Notes: generated from the sequence alone by a model not told the origin. A stretch of 64,000 nucleotides of DNA from Escherichia coli (GCF_003334335.1 NZ_QOWQ01000009.1); one strand, 5' to 3'; shown: positions 29,151 to 41,060, numbered from the stretch's first letter. Numbers and translations: made by a program.

Positions 29151-29164
29151 CGGGAACGTTCCCG
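29151..29164. promoter_or_regulatory. perfect 14-bp palindrome CGGGAACGTTCCCG in the treB promoter region (candidate LacI-family TreR operator)
   Basis: Palindrome with central CG seen in sequence between treR stop and treB start; assignment to TreR is inference. Confidence 0.45.
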
Positions 29165-29203
29165 AAACGCAGCGAAGATCACAATTTATCGTTCAGGAAA
29201 CGA

Positions 29204-30151
29204 TCAGGACAGGGTGGCGGGGATGATGATTTGTTGCGGTTCGCTGCGCCCGGTTACCTGTGCGATCAATTGGCAGGCCGCCTGGCGTCCAGCTTCGGCG
29301 TAACCAGGATCTACGGTGACGATCTCCGGATGAAGGAATTTCATTAACGGCGTATTACCGACGCTCGCCAGTTGCAAGGTGTCGATGCGTTGCTCTTGCA
29401 GGTATTTACTTGCGCCAAGTGCCAGCGTGTCGGTTGCGCACAGTAAGGCGGTAGTTTCAGGCGTAATCACTTTTGCTACGTTCTCATAGCCTTGCTTCAT
29501 AGCAAGCCCTGGCAGAGCGGCAACGGGATGCAGTTTATGCGCTTTGCAGAACGCCAGGTAGGCTTCGTGACGTCGCTTACCGGTCGTCACGTCACTGTGC
29601 GGCACGCCGAGATAACTGATATTACGATGCCCCTGGTCATAGAGCCGTTGCATCAGGATCTTGATTGCCCCTTCGTCGTCATAACAGACCGAAGCAAAGC
29701 CTTTTGCGTCACGCGCCAGCAGAACCAGCGATGACTGCCAGTGGGCTAACATTTCTTCTGTTATGCCGGTAAAACCGAACAGCACTACGCCGTCGATATT
29801 ACGCCGTTTTAGGATCCCCAAATGTTCGGCAACTAATTGCGGGGAAAACTGACTTTCCATCATGATTGGGTCGTAACCTTGTTCATAGAACGCTGGCAGC
29901 ATGGTTTGAACGGCGAGATTTTCTGACAACGAATCCAGGCGGGTAACAATGATGGCGACCACTTTATCGCTTTGCCCACGCATAGCGCGCGCAGAGCGGG
30001 AAGGGGAAAATCCATGCTGATTCATCACTGCTTCCACGCGCTCGCGCGTGCGCTGGCTCACGCCGCTTTCGTTATTCAGCACCCGGGAAACCGTAGATTT
30101 CCCCACGCCGCTTAAGCGCGCGATGTCTTTGATGGTCAGCCGATTTTGCAT
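29204..30151 (-). CDS. treR: trehalose operon repressor (LacI family)
   Basis: 315-aa ORF; N-terminal HTH (TIKDIARLSGVGKSTVSRVLN). Confidence 0.95.
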   Translation of the reverse strand: MQNRLTIKDIARLSGVGKSTVSRVLNNESGVSQRTRERVEAVMNQHGFSPSRSARAMRGQSDKVVAIIVTRLDSLSENLAVQTMLPAFYEQGYDPIMMESQFSPQLVAEHLGILKRRNIDGVVLFGFTGITEEMLAHWQSSLVLLARDAKGFASVCYDDEGAIKILMQRLYDQGHRNISYLGVPHSDVTTGKRRHEAYLAFCKAHKLHPVAALPGLAMKQGYENVAKVITPETTALLCATDTLALGASKYLQEQRIDTLQLASVGNTPLMKFLHPEIVTVDPGYAEAGRQAACQLIAQVTGRSEPQQIIIPATLS

Positions 30152-30265
30152 CCTGTTGTCCCGTAACGTGTTGTTTAATTATTTGAGGCTAACTTTACCC
30201 GTGCATTCAGCAATGGGTAAAGTCTGGTTTATCGTTGGTTTAGTTGCCAGCAGGTATTATATCGC

Positions 30266-30529
30266 CATAAATGCTACGAATATTATTGGATTCTCCTTAT
30301 TATTTGCGGCGCTTTTTTCACTTACCGGAGGTTATATGGAACCTGATCCCACGCCTCTCCCTCGACGGAGATTAAAACTTTTTCGGTAAGCCCGTCTTTT
30401 CACGGCGTTACCGGATGCGTAAGGCCGTGACGTTTTAACGTCCCTGCTCAGCTTTATTACCTTCAGGTAAGGCTTCGCCACGCCTGAAGACATTTCTGTA
30501 CTGTTTCAGACAGTGCGGAGGGACTCCTT
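30266..30529 (+). promoter_or_regulatory. mgtA 5' leader (Mg2+- and proline-responsive attenuator containing mgtL)
   Basis: Long untranslated leader upstream of mgtA containing the proline-rich mgtL ORF; 5' boundary is approximate. Confidence 0.6.
30336..30389 (+). CDS. mgtL: mgtA leader peptide
   Basis: 17-codon [20 protein letters not shown] (proline-rich) inside the mgtA leader; below the ORF-track length cutoff but visible as the tail of ORF 30048-30389. Confidence 0.8.
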
Positions 30530-33226
30530 ATGTTTAAAGAAATTTTTACCCGGCTCATTCGCCATTTACCTTCCCGTCTGGTTCATCGTGATCCATTGCC
30601 TGGCGCGCAGCAGACAGTGAATACGGTGGTCCCGCCGTCCTTAAGTGCGCATTGCCTGAAAATGGCGGTGATGCCCGAAGAAGAATTGTGGAAAACGTTC
30701 GACACCCATCCGGAAGGGTTAAATCAGGCGGAAGTGGAATCTGCCCGCGAACAACATGGTGAAAATAAATTACCCGCACAACAACCGTCGCCGTGGTGGG
30801 TACATTTATGGGTCTGCTATCGCAACCCCTTTAATATTTTACTCACCATTCTCGGCGCTATTTCTTACGCCACGGAAGATTTATTTGCCGCGGGCGTTAT
30901 CGCGCTAATGGTCGCCATTTCTACGTTGCTGAACTTTATTCAGGAAGCACGTTCCACTAAAGCGGCAGATGCCCTGAAAGCGATGGTCAGCAATACTGCG
31001 ACGGTGCTGCGCGTAATTAACGACAAAGGCGAAAATGGCTGGCTGGAGATCCCGATCGACCAGCTGGTGCCCGGCGATATTATAAAACTGGCGGCGGGGG
31101 ATATGATCCCGGCAGATTTACGTATCTTGCAGGCGCGGGATCTGTTCGTCGCTCAGGCGTCGTTAACCGGTGAGTCTCTGCCCGTAGAAAAAGCAGCTAC
31201 CACTCGCCAGCCGGAGCACAGCAATCCGCTGGAGTGCGACACCCTGTGTTTTATGGGCACCACCGTGGTGAGCGGCACGGCACAAGCAATGGTGATTGCT
31301 ACAGGTGCCAATACCTGGTTTGGTCAACTGGCGGGGCGTGTTAGTGAGCAGGAAAGCGAGCCGAATGCCTTTCAGCAAGGGATCAGCCGCGTCAGTATGC
31401 TGCTGATTCGCTTTATGCTGGTGATGGCTCCGGTGGTGCTGTTAATCAATGGTTACACCAAAGGCGACTGGTGGGAAGCGGCACTGTTTGCGCTTTCGGT
31501 CGCGGTAGGCTTAACGCCGGAAATGTTGCCGATGATTGTTACCTCGACGCTGGCGCGCGGCGCAGTAAAGCTGTCGAAACAGAAAGTGATCGTCAAACAT
31601 CTGGATGCTATTCAGAACTTTGGCGCAATGGATATTCTGTGCACTGATAAAACTGGCACCCTGACACAGGACAAAATTGTGCTGGAGAATCATACCGATA
31701 TCTCCGGTAAAACCAGCGAACGCGTGCTGCATAGCGCGTGGTTGAACAGTCATTATCAGACCGGACTTAAAAACCTGCTCGATACAGCGGTGCTCGAAGG
31801 TACGGATGAAGAGTCAGCGCGCTCGCTGGCCAGTCGTTGGCAAAAAATCGATGAGATTCCGTTTGATTTCGAGCGTCGCCGGATGTCGGTGGTAGTGGCA
31901 GAAAATACCGAGCACCATCAGCTGGTTTGCAAAGGTGCATTGCAGGAAATCCTCAATGTGTGTTCGCAGGTGCGTCACAATGGCGAGATTGTGCCGCTCG
32001 ATGACATCATGCTGCGTAAGATTAAGCGGGTTACTGATACGCTGAATCGTCAGGGGCTGCGCGTGGTTGCGGTGGCGACGAAATACCTGCCAGCGCGTGA
32101 AGGAGATTACCAGCGGGCGGATGAATCCGACCTGATCCTCGAAGGATATATTGCTTTCCTTGATCCGCCAAAAGAGACAACTGCTCCGGCACTGAAGGCA
32201 TTAAAAGCGAGTGGAATTACCGTAAAAATCCTTACTGGCGACAGTGAGTTAGTTGCAGCGAAAGTGTGCCATGAAGTGGGGCTGGACGCGGGAGAGGTGG
32301 TCATTGGTAGTGATATTGAAACGCTATCTGACGACGAACTGGCAAATCTCGCACAGCGCACCACGCTGTTTGCTCGTCTGACGCCGATGCATAAAGAACG
32401 CATTGTGACCTTACTGAAGCGCGAAGGGCATGTGGTTGGCTTTATGGGCGATGGTATTAATGATGCGCCCGCCTTACGCGCTGCGGATATCGGCATTTCT
32501 GTGGACGGCGCGGTAGATATTGCCCGTGAAGCGGCTGATATCATCCTGCTGGAAAAAAGCCTGATGGTGCTGGAAGAGGGGGTTATTGAGGGACGTCGCA
32601 CTTTCGCCAACATGCTGAAATACATCAAAATGACGGCGAGCTCTAACTTCGGTAATGTGTTCAGCGTGCTGGTGGCGAGTGCTTTCTTGCCCTTCCTGCC
32701 GATGTTGCCGTTACACTTGCTTATTCAGAACCTGCTGTACGATGTGTCACAGGTGGCGATCCCGTTTGATAACGTCGACGACGAGCAAATTCAAAAGCCG
32801 CAGCGTTGGAATCCGGCGGATCTGGGGCGCTTTATGATCTTCTTCGGACCGATCAGCTCGATCTTCGATATTCTGACGTTTTGCCTGATGTGGTGGGTAT
32901 TCCATGCCAACACGCCGGAAACGCAAACGCTGTTCCAGTCGGGATGGTTTGTGGTGGGCTTACTGTCGCAAACGCTGATTGTGCATATGATCCGTACCCG
33001 CCGTGTGCCGTTTATTCAGAGCTGTGCATCGTGGCCGTTAATGATCATGACCGTGATCGTGATGATTGTCGGGATCGCATTGCCGTTTTCACCGCTGGCC
33101 AGTTATCTGCAGCTGCAGGCGCTGCCGTTAAGCTATTTCCCGTGGCTGGTTGCGATTCTGGCAGGGTATATGACGTTAACCCAGTTGGTGAAAGGGTTCT
33201 ATAGCCGTCGTTACGGCTGGCAGTAA
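30530..33226 (+). CDS. mgtA: Mg2+-importing P-type ATPase
   Basis: 898-aa ORF; DKTGTLT phosphorylation motif, TGDS and GDGINDAPAL motifs. Confidence 0.95.
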   Translation: MFKEIFTRLIRHLPSRLVHRDPLPGAQQTVNTVVPPSLSAHCLKMAVMPEEELWKTFDTHPEGLNQAEVESAREQHGENKLPAQQPSPWWVHLWVCYRNPFNILLTILGAISYATEDLFAAGVIALMVAISTLLNFIQEARSTKAADALKAMVSNTATVLRVINDKGENGWLEIPIDQLVPGDIIKLAAGDMIPADLRILQARDLFVAQASLTGESLPVEKAATTRQPEHSNPLECDTLCFMGTTVVSGTAQAMVIATGANTWFGQLAGRVSEQESEPNAFQQGISRVSMLLIRFMLVMAPVVLLINGYTKGDWWEAALFALSVAVGLTPEMLPMIVTSTLARGAVKLSKQKVIVKHLDAIQNFGAMDILCTDKTGTLTQDKIVLENHTDISGKTSERVLHSAWLNSHYQTGLKNLLDTAVLEGTDEESARSLASRWQKIDEIPFDFERRRMSVVVAENTEHHQLVCKGALQEILNVCSQVRHNGEIVPLDDIMLRKIKRVTDTLNRQGLRVVAVATKYLPAREGDYQRADESDLILEGYIAFLDPPKETTAPALKALKASGITVKILTGDSELVAAKVCHEVGLDAGEVVIGSDIETLSDDELANLAQRTTLFARLTPMHKERIVTLLKREGHVVGFMGDGINDAPALRAADIGISVDGAVDIAREAADIILLEKSLMVLEEGVIEGRRTFANMLKYIKMTASSNFGNVFSVLVASAFLPFLPMLPLHLLIQNLLYDVSQVAIPFDNVDDEQIQKPQRWNPADLGRFMIFFGPISSIFDILTFCLMWWVFHANTPETQTLFQSGWFVVGLLSQTLIVHMIRTRRVPFIQSCASWPLMIMTVIVMIVGIALPFSPLASYLQLQALPLSYFPWLVAILAGYMTLTQLVKGFYSRRYGWQ

Positions 33227-33282
33227 AGAATAAACTGGGCACGATAGCCCCGATTCAGATTGCAGACAAAGTGAGCGTTGTT

Positions 33283-33378
33283 CATGCCGGATGCGGCGTA
33301 AATGCCTTATCCGGCCTACAAATTCAATCAATTGCAGGAATCACGTAGGCCTGATAAGCGTAGCGCATCAGGCAATTT
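33283..33378. repeat. REP/BIME element
   Basis: GCCGGATGCGGCGTAAATGCCTTATCCGGCCTAC and GCCTGATAAGCGTAGCGCATCAGGC units. Confidence 0.8.
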
Positions 33379-33431
33379 TGCGTTTGTCATCAGATTTAAT
33401 CCGGGCATGATAGCCCGGATTTCCATCAAGA

Positions 33432-33818
33432 TTAGCGACGAACAGCGATCGCTTCGATCTCAATTTTTACGTCTTTCGGCAGACGGGCAACTTCAACGCA
33501 AGAACGTGCCGGGAAGGTGGCATTGTGTTCGGTGAAGAAGGCTTCGTAGGTAGCATTAACGGTTGCGAAGTCGTTCAGATCTTTCACAAACACGGTGGTT
33601 TTAACGATGTCGCCCACTTTCAGGCCTGCGGCTTCGACGATCGCTTTTACGTTATCCAGCGACTGACGTGCCTGTGCAGCGACGTCTGCCGGTACTTCGC
33701 CCGTTTTCGGATTTACCGGGATCTGGCCGGAGGTGATGATCATATTGCCCAGATCAACGCCCTGTACGTAAGGACCGATAGCTGCCGGTGCATTTTCCGT
33801 CGCGATAGTTTTGCTCAT
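33432..33818 (-). CDS. ridA: 2-iminobutanoate/2-iminopropanoate deaminase (RidA/YjgF family)
   Basis: 128-aa product from the ATG at 33816-33818 (MSKTIATENAPAAIGPYVQG). Confidence 0.95.
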   Translation of the reverse strand: MSKTIATENAPAAIGPYVQGVDLGNMIITSGQIPVNPKTGEVPADVAAQARQSLDNVKAIVEAAGLKVGDIVKTTVFVKDLNDFATVNATYEAFFTEHNATFPARSCVEVARLPKDVKIEIEAIAVRR

Positions 33819-33890
33819 GATTTCTCCTTTATTACAGCGGTAAAAAGTCTGGCTCATTATAGGGAGCCAGACTTTTATTACCAACCGCAA

Positions 33891-34352
33891 TTAATTGGCC
33901 AGCACCACATTATGGGAAAACTCTTTTTCACAGTATTTGCATTTGAGCGCGATGTCATTGGCGCGTTTTCGCACGGCAAAGCTGGAAGAAACCGGTTCGG
34001 CATGGCTGATACAGTTGCTGTTCGGGCAGACCAGCACATTGTCGATGCGCTCCGGCAGACTGGGGCGCGATTTACCCACCACTTCATAGTTGTCGATACG
34101 GTTAACCGTGGCTTGCGGCGCATACAATGCCAGTTGATCTACCTGATCTTCACTCAAAAAGGTATTTTCGATTTTGATCAGATCTTTGCGGCCCATCTCG
34201 CCAGAAGGCAGGTTCAGACCAATGGTGATGCGCTGATCCGTTTCGGTCAGCTTGAACAGACTCAACAGCTTAAAACCGATCTGGGCGGGGATATGGTCAA
34301 TTACCGTGCCGCGTTTAATAGCTTCAACCTGCAATTTATTATCGTGTGTCAT
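33891..34352 (-). CDS. pyrI: aspartate carbamoyltransferase regulatory subunit
   Basis: 153-aa ORF; C-terminal zinc-binding cysteines (CPNSNC...CKYCE). Confidence 0.95.
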
Positions 34353-34364
34353 CTCTATTTCCCC

Positions 34365-35300
34365 TTACAGTACCAGATCGCGATTCAGAACCAGTGCCAG
34401 TAACGCCTGGCGAGCGAAAATCCCGTTGCCTGCCTGCTGGAAGTACCAGGCGTGTGGCGTTTTATCAACATCCGTCGCAATCTCATCAACACGCGGCAGC
34501 GGATGCAGCACTTTCATATTGGCTTTGGCGTTGTGGAGATCGCTGGCGCGAAGAACAAACTGCGCTTTCACGTTGGCGTACTCGGACGGGTCCAGACGCT
34601 CTTTTTGCACGCGGGTCATGTACAGGATGTCTACTTCCGCCATCACTTCTTCAATAGAGCTGTGCAGACTCCATGCGATCCCTTTTTCATCGAGCATATC
34701 CAGAATGTATTGCGGCATTGCCAGCGCGTCCGGCGCGATGAAGTAAAAACGGTTGCCATCGAACTTCGCTAACGCCTGAGTCAGGGAGTGAACGGTGCGG
34801 CCATATTTCAGGTCACCAACCATTGCGACGTGGAGATTGTCCAGACGCCCCTGGGTTTCCTGAATAGTGAATAAGTCCAGCAAGGTTTGCGTCGGATGTT
34901 GGTTGGAGCCATCACCGGCATTCAGTACCGGTACATTGCCGGAAAACTCGGTGGCCAGGCGCGCCGCACCTTCCTGCGGATGACGCATCACTATCGCATC
35001 GACGTAAGTGCTGATAACCGAAATGGTATCGGCCAGCGTTTCGCCCTTTTTACCCAGTGATGTATTGGCGCTGTCGGAGAAGCCCACCACGCTGGCACCC
35101 AGGCGGTGCATAGATGTTTCGAAAGAGAGGCGGGTACGGGTAGAGGCTTCGAAGAAACAGCTGGCAATGACTTTGTGCTTCAACAGCTCTGGTTGCGGGT
35201 TTGCTTTCAGTTTCGCCGCTGTCGCCAGCACCAGATTAAGGTCATCGCGACTAAGGTCGTTTATGGAAATGATATGTTTCTGATATAGCGGATTAGCCAT
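34365..35300 (-). CDS. pyrB: aspartate carbamoyltransferase catalytic subunit
   Basis: 311-aa [20 protein letters not shown]...; STRTR carbamoyl-phosphate binding motif. Confidence 0.95.
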
Positions 35301-35303
35301 CTT

Positions 35304-35438
35304 TTATCTCCTGACGCCTGGGCAAAAAAAAGCCCCTCGATTGAGGGGCTGGGAATGGGTGATCAACGGGAAGAAAAACGGCAGGCCAGCGTCTTTTTTC
35401 AGACGCGGTAAGACAAAATGTCGAACACACTGAACCAT
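35304..35438 (-). CDS. pyrL: pyrBI operon leader peptide
   Basis: 44-codon ORF MVQCVRHFVLPRLKKDAGLPFFFPLITHSQPLNRGAFFCPGVRR ending just upstream of pyrB; the ORF-track entry to 35504 is over-extended. Confidence 0.85.
   Translation of the reverse strand: MVQCVRHFVLPRLKKDAGLPFFFPLITHSQPLNRGAFFCPGVRR
35320..35350 (-). terminator. pyrBI attenuator (rho-independent terminator inside the leader)
   Basis: On the minus strand GCCCCTCAATCGAGGGGC hairpin followed by T8, overlapping the end of pyrL. Confidence 0.8.
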
Positions 35439-35718
35439 ACATCCTCCCGGCAAATTGTCCGGCATTATACTCATAGCCAGAAGCGGTGCAAGCATTTGAT
35501 GCAATATTTTGTCAGCGCAAACGGTTTATTTGAATTAAAAGTCAAAATGTATGCATTTTTATTTGCTTTGATTCTGGAGGAGAACTGTCGTTCGGTATCA
35601 ATAATTGCAGACATTTCCTGCTTTTTTCTTTTTCACTTTCACGCAATCAGATATGCATTTTATTCCATTCATCCGACTTATAGGGCGGAGTGTGAAAACG
35701 AACGGCTAACACTATTGC

Positions 35719-36114
35719 TTACAGCTCAGGGATGCGCGCTATCACTTTAATTTCAAAATCAAAGCCTGCCAGCCAGGTAACGCCCACCGCCGTCCAGTTT
35801 GGATAAGGAGGGGCGCTAAATATTTCATTTTTGACCGTCATGATGTCTTCAAATTGTTTTTCCGGATCGGTATGAAAGCTCGTAACATCAATGATATCGT
35901 CAAAAGTGCATCCCGCAGCAGCCAGGGTCGCATGCAAATTATCAAATGCCAGTCTGACTTGTTGCTGAAAATCGGGTTCTGGTGTTCCGTCCTCTCGACT
36001 TCCTACTTGCCCGGAAACAAACAGCAAATCGCCGGAACGAATAGCCGCAGAATAACGATGCTCAGCATACAGTGAATGTCGGCCAGCAGGGAAAACAGCG
36101 GTTCTTTCTACCAT
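35719..36114 (-). CDS. yjgH: RidA-family protein
   Basis: 131-aa ORF with RidA/YjgF-like pattern. Confidence 0.85.
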   Translation of the reverse strand: MVERTAVFPAGRHSLYAEHRYSAAIRSGDLLFVSGQVGSREDGTPEPDFQQQVRLAFDNLHATLAAAGCTFDDIIDVTSFHTDPEKQFEDIMTVKNEIFSAPPYPNWTAVGVTWLAGFDFEIKVIARIPEL

Positions 36115-36244
36115 TTGGTTATCCTCAAGATTTACGACATGAACAGAAGATTTCTCTTTACCGGGAGCCGCTTTTAGCGGACGACGTGAGTAAACAAAAC
36201 CCAGACATCATGGATAATGGCTGGGCTTAATTGAGCGTAGTCGG

Positions 36245-36958
36245 TTATGCGCCAAACGCGCCATCAATGGTATGCATCGCGCCGGTAACAAAACTGGCTT
36301 CTGGCCCTGCTAACCATGCGACCATACCAGCGACCTCTTCCGGTTGCCCATGTCTTTTGATAGCCATCAAACTATGCAACATATCGCGCATTGGCCCGTT
36401 GGCGGGATTAGCGTCGGTATCAATTGGCCCTGGCTGGACGACGTTAATGGTGATCCCACGCGGTCCAAAATCACGGGCCAGCCCGCGCGCCATGCCTTGC
36501 AGGGCAGATTTGCTGGCGGCATAAGCAGCCATGCCTGCAACAGGCATACGATCGCCATTCACGGAGCCGATGATTAAGATGCGCCCGCCTTCGGGCATCT
36601 GCCGGGCGGCTTCAACAGAGGCATGATAAGGAGCATGAATATTGATTTTGAAAAGGCGATCAATATCGTCGGCATTTAATTCCAGGGCATCGCCAAAGAC
36701 GCCAATACCTGCATTTACCACCAGGATATCCAATGCGCCGCTCTTACGAACGACATCAATGACAGCGTCTCTGTCAGCACTATCTGTAAATACTGCTGTC
36801 GCTCCAGTCTCTTGTGCCAGATGTTCAGCGGCATCTTTCGACCCCGCATAGGTGAATCGTACATTGGCCCCATCAGTGACGAAACGACGTACGATAGCGG
36901 CACCGATTCCACGACTGCCACCGAGGATGAGAACTGTCTTACCTGTAAAAGCGCCCAT
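36245..36958 (-). CDS. bdcA: short-chain dehydrogenase/reductase (c-di-GMP-binding biofilm dispersal mediator in K-12)
   Basis: 237-aa product from the ATG at 36956-36958 (MGAFTGKTVLILGGSRGIGAAI, Rossmann motif). Confidence 0.9.
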   Translation of the reverse strand: MGAFTGKTVLILGGSRGIGAAIVRRFVTDGANVRFTYAGSKDAAEHLAQETGATAVFTDSADRDAVIDVVRKSGALDILVVNAGIGVFGDALELNADDIDRLFKINIHAPYHASVEAARQMPEGGRILIIGSVNGDRMPVAGMAAYAASKSALQGMARGLARDFGPRGITINVVQPGPIDTDANPANGPMRDMLHSLMAIKRHGQPEEVAGMVAWLAGPEASFVTGAMHTIDGAFGA

Positions 36959-37028
36959 AAGGACTCCTTGATTTATTATGTAACATGCATTACAAAACTG
37001 TTTTAACTTTCTGTCAACAAGTTTTGTA

Positions 37029-37622
37029 ATGGTCACTAAAAAACAATCTCGCGTTCCAGGTCGTCCCAGACGTTTCGCTCCTGAGCAGGCAGTCTCTGCG
37101 GCAAAAGTGCTTTTTCACCAAAAAGGTTTCGATGCTGTCAGTGTTGCTGAAGTTACTGATTATCTTGGTATTAACCCCCCGAGCCTCTACGCAGCTTTTG
37201 GCAGTAAAGTTGGGTTATTTAGCCGTGTACTCAATGAATATGTCGGTACGGAAGCTATTCCGCTTGCCGATATTCTTCGTGATGATCGTCCGGTAGGCGA
37301 GTGCCTGGTTGAGGTATTAAAAGAAGCGGCGCGCAGATATAGCCAAAACGGCGGCTGCGCTGGCTGTATGGTTCTTGAAGGTATTCATAGTCATGATCCA
37401 CAAGCGCGTGATATTGCCGTTCAATATTATCACGCCGCAGAAACGACCATTTATGACTATATCGCCAGGCGGCATCCACAAAGCGCACAATGTGTGACTG
37501 ATTTTATGAGTACCGTGATGTCAGGGCTTTCTGCGAAGGCACGGGAGGGGCACTCCATCGAACAACTCTGTGCAACAGCTGCACTGGCGGGGGAAGCGAT
37601 AAAAACTATTCTCAAGGAGTGA
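37029..37622 (+). CDS. bdcR: TetR-family transcriptional regulator
   Basis: 197-aa ORF divergent from bdcA; N-terminal TetR HTH. Confidence 0.9.
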   Translation: MVTKKQSRVPGRPRRFAPEQAVSAAKVLFHQKGFDAVSVAEVTDYLGINPPSLYAAFGSKVGLFSRVLNEYVGTEAIPLADILRDDRPVGECLVEVLKEAARRYSQNGGCAGCMVLEGIHSHDPQARDIAVQYYHAAETTIYDYIARRHPQSAQCVTDFMSTVMSGLSAKAREGHSIEQLCATAALAGEAIKTILKE

Positions 37623-37754
37623 TGCTGGCCTTGACCCGAAAGGCGGGAACGCGCCTGCCGATAAGTTGTGATAAGACAATAATTCACGCGTTAAGGCTAG
37701 CGGAATTGATCATCTTTTCGTATAACGGTGGAAATGAAACATTGTTTTAATTAA

Positions 37755-38219
<465 letters not shown>

Positions 38220-38341
38220 TGACTTTTCGCCGTAAATAACTCCAGGTTTACGGCGAGTTTGTGAAAAGAGCGTTTTTTGATATTTTTTTGTGAGTAGAAT
38301 TTGTAATGCTTAGACGTTCTTATTAACTCAAGGAGTCCGTC

Positions 38342-39853
38342 ATGGCAAAAATATCAGATTTGAATTGTTATCAACACATGGCATCAGCCGACAATGTTAA
38401 ACCAAAAAATGAAGTCTTAAATACCTGGTGTGTGGGAATGAATGATTTTGCTCGTAATGCCGAGGGGCAGGATAGCAGAAGGAATATTCTATCTCCTGGA
38501 GCATTTTTGGAGTTTTTGGCAAAAATATTTACCCTGGGTTATGTGGATTTTAGCAAACGCTCCAACGAAGCGGGTAGAAATATGATGGCTCATATTGAGT
38601 CCTCATCTTATATCAAAAATAATGATGGCAGTGAAATAATGAATTTTGTTATGAATAATCCTGAAGGTGAGCGTGCGGATTCATCTAAGGTGATTATAGA
38701 AATTTCACTTTCTACTACCACTACTATGGGGACTCGTCAAGGACATACAGCCATTATATTTCCACAATCTGATTTTTTGAGTTTTCGTTATGAAGGTAAG
38801 TCTTTTGAAAGAAAAGATGATAGTTCATTACATCTGATTACTAACAAGGTTCTGGCGTGTTACCAACGCGAAGCTAACAAGAATATGGCGCTTCTATTAA
38901 ATAATCATCAGTTGAACTGGAAGGACGCAATTGATTATAACGAGTTATTAGAAAAGCCATTAGCCAGTACATTAGAAAAAATAAAGAAAGAACATCTGCT
39001 ATTAATGCCTCATGTATGTGATGACACGATTCCATACTTACTAGGCGAAGGTGGTATACTTGAAGAAATAAATGATCTGAAAGCGTTACATGATACCAGA
39101 ATTGCTAGTGGTACAGAAGGTAATGATGAAATTAATAACATCAAAATTAACCTGTCTAATATTCTTATTGATTCCTTAGATGATGCAAAAGTTAATCTCG
39201 AAAAGGTCATCGATTCGATGTTGAAGACTTTTTTAAAATTGCCATATATTAATGATGTAAAAATTCTGGAGTGGTGTTTTAATCAAAGTATGCAATATTC
39301 TGATGATACTACAAAGATAAAGCATGCCCGCTCCGTGATCGATCATATTGATTTTAACTGCGATCAGTCTAAAATAGCTGAGACATTATTTTTCAACCTC
39401 AATAAAGAACCCTATAAAAACAGCCCTGAGTTACAGGAATTGATTTGGGAGAAGTTGGTTGTATATGTCAATGATTTTAACTTAAGCAATCAAGAAAAAT
39501 CACGCTTAATACTAAGGTTATTTGATGATGTTAAGTTGCTATTTAATGAAGTGCCTGTCAGCATTTTAGTAAATGATATTTTTTTGAAGGATTTTTTCAT
39601 GAAGCAACCTGATTTTGCGAAGTGGTACTTCTATCAATTAATTAAGAAGTATGAGGGCGAACAGCTGTATCTTAATGAGTTAGGATATGTTTATGGTAAT
39701 GAAGAAAAAACAAATGAAATTGTAAAAAAACTTCCGGGTTATGTCATTAAGATTTTTGAAGAAAAGATGGGTAATGAATTAAAAATTAGAACAAGAATGA
39801 TGAAAATCCTCCGGAATGGCAAAATCAATATATATAAATATATGAATATATAA
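38342..39853 (+). CDS. yjgL: uncharacterised low-GC protein (yjgL-like)
   Basis: 503-aa AT-rich ORF between tabA and argI; ends inside a tandem octamer repeat. Confidence 0.7.
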   Translation: MAKISDLNCYQHMASADNVKPKNEVLNTWCVGMNDFARNAEGQDSRRNILSPGAFLEFLAKIFTLGYVDFSKRSNEAGRNMMAHIESSSYIKNNDGSEIMNFVMNNPEGERADSSKVIIEISLSTTTTMGTRQGHTAIIFPQSDFLSFRYEGKSFERKDDSSLHLITNKVLACYQREANKNMALLLNNHQLNWKDAIDYNELLEKPLASTLEKIKKEHLLLMPHVCDDTIPYLLGEGGILEEINDLKALHDTRIASGTEGNDEINNIKINLSNILIDSLDDAKVNLEKVIDSMLKTFLKLPYINDVKILEWCFNQSMQYSDDTTKIKHARSVIDHIDFNCDQSKIAETLFFNLNKEPYKNSPELQELIWEKLVVYVNDFNLSNQEKSRLILRLFDDVKLLFNEVPVSILVNDIFLKDFFMKQPDFAKWYFYQLIKKYEGEQLYLNELGYVYGNEEKTNEIVKKLPGYVIKIFEEKMGNELKIRTRMMKILRNGKINIYKYMNI

Positions 39854-39876
39854 ATATATGAATATATGAATATATT
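39827..39876. repeat. tandem ~6-copy octamer repeat AATATAT(G/A/T) spanning the yjgL stop codon
   Basis: Seen directly: AATATATA TA AATATATG AATATATA AATATATG AATATATG AATATATT. Confidence 0.7.
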
Positions 39877-40021
39877 AATAATGAACAGTTGGGAAAATTA
39901 AATCCTCCGGAAAATTTACGTATAGCAATAGAAAAATTTGGCTGGAAGAAAAAAACTATCACTGCATAAAATAATGTGATGCCGGGATGTTTTTGTATTT
40001 CCCGGCATCTTGATAGAGATA

Positions 40022-41035
40022 TTAATTATTTAATTTACTGAGCGTCGCGACCATCACCGCTTTGATAGTATGCATGCGGTTTTCCGCCTGATCAAATACA
40101 ATGCTGGCGGCAGATTCGAAGACCTCATCAGTCACTTCCATTCCGCCATGTAGGCCAAACTCTTCCGCCATTTTCTTGCCAAGCGTCGTTTGGTCGTCAT
40201 GAAACGCGGGCAGGCAGTGGAGGAATTTGACCTCCGGGTTACCGGTCAACTGCATCATCTTGCTGTTCACTTGATAATCACGCAGCAATGCAATGCGTTC
40301 AGCCCATTTCTCTTTTGCTTCACCCATCGACACCCATACATCGGTATAGATAAAGTCAGCACCTTCAACTCCTTTAGCTACATCTTCCGTCAGCGTAATA
40401 TTCCCGCCATTTTGCTGTGCCAGAGCGCGGCATTCCGTAACCAGCGCAGCTTCCGGCCAGCATGCCTGTGGCGCGACCAGACGCAAATCCAGACCGGTAA
40501 GCGCCGCAGCTTCGAGCATCGAATTGCCCATGTTGTTACGTGCGTCACCTGCATAGACCAGCGTCATTTCGTTGAATGCTTTACCGGGTAAATGCTCCTG
40601 CATGGTGAGGAGATCCGCCAGCAACTGCGTGGGGTGAAACTCATTGGTCAGGCCGTTCCATACCGGCACGCCAGCGTATTCCGCCAGTGTTTCGACAATC
40701 TCCTGACCATAGCCGCGATACTGAATACCGTCATACATGCGACCCAGCACGCGGGCAGTGTCTTTAATCGACTCTTTATGACCAATCTGACTGCCGCTTG
40801 GGCCGAGATAAGTAACGTGAGCACCCTGGTCATATGCGGCAACTTCGAAAGAGCATCGGGTACGGGTCGAGTCTTTTTCGAAGATGAGCGCGATGTTTTT
40901 ACCAGTGAGTTTGGCTTCTTCTTTGCCGCTTTTCTTATCGGCTTTCAGCTTCGCGGCTAACTGCAGCAGGCTGTTGAGTTCAGCTGGCGTGAAATCGAGT
41001 AATTTCAGGAAATGCTTATGATAAAACCCGGACAT
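40022..41035 (-). CDS. argI: ornithine carbamoyltransferase
   Basis: 337-aa [34 protein letters not shown]...; STRTR motif. Confidence 0.95.
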   Translation of the reverse strand: MSGFYHKHFLKLLDFTPAELNSLLQLAAKLKADKKSGKEEAKLTGKNIALIFEKDSTRTRCSFEVAAYDQGAHVTYLGPSGSQIGHKESIKDTARVLGRMYDGIQYRGYGQEIVETLAEYAGVPVWNGLTNEFHPTQLLADLLTMQEHLPGKAFNEMTLVYAGDARNNMGNSMLEAAALTGLDLRLVAPQACWPEAALVTECRALAQQNGGNITLTEDVAKGVEGADFIYTDVWVSMGEAKEKWAERIALLRDYQVNSKMMQLTGNPEVKFLHCLPAFHDDQTTLGKKMAEEFGLHGGMEVTDEVFESAASIVFDQAENRMHTIKAVMVATLSKLNN

Positions 41036-41060
41036 AGATCCCTCCTGTGGCTAACACCTC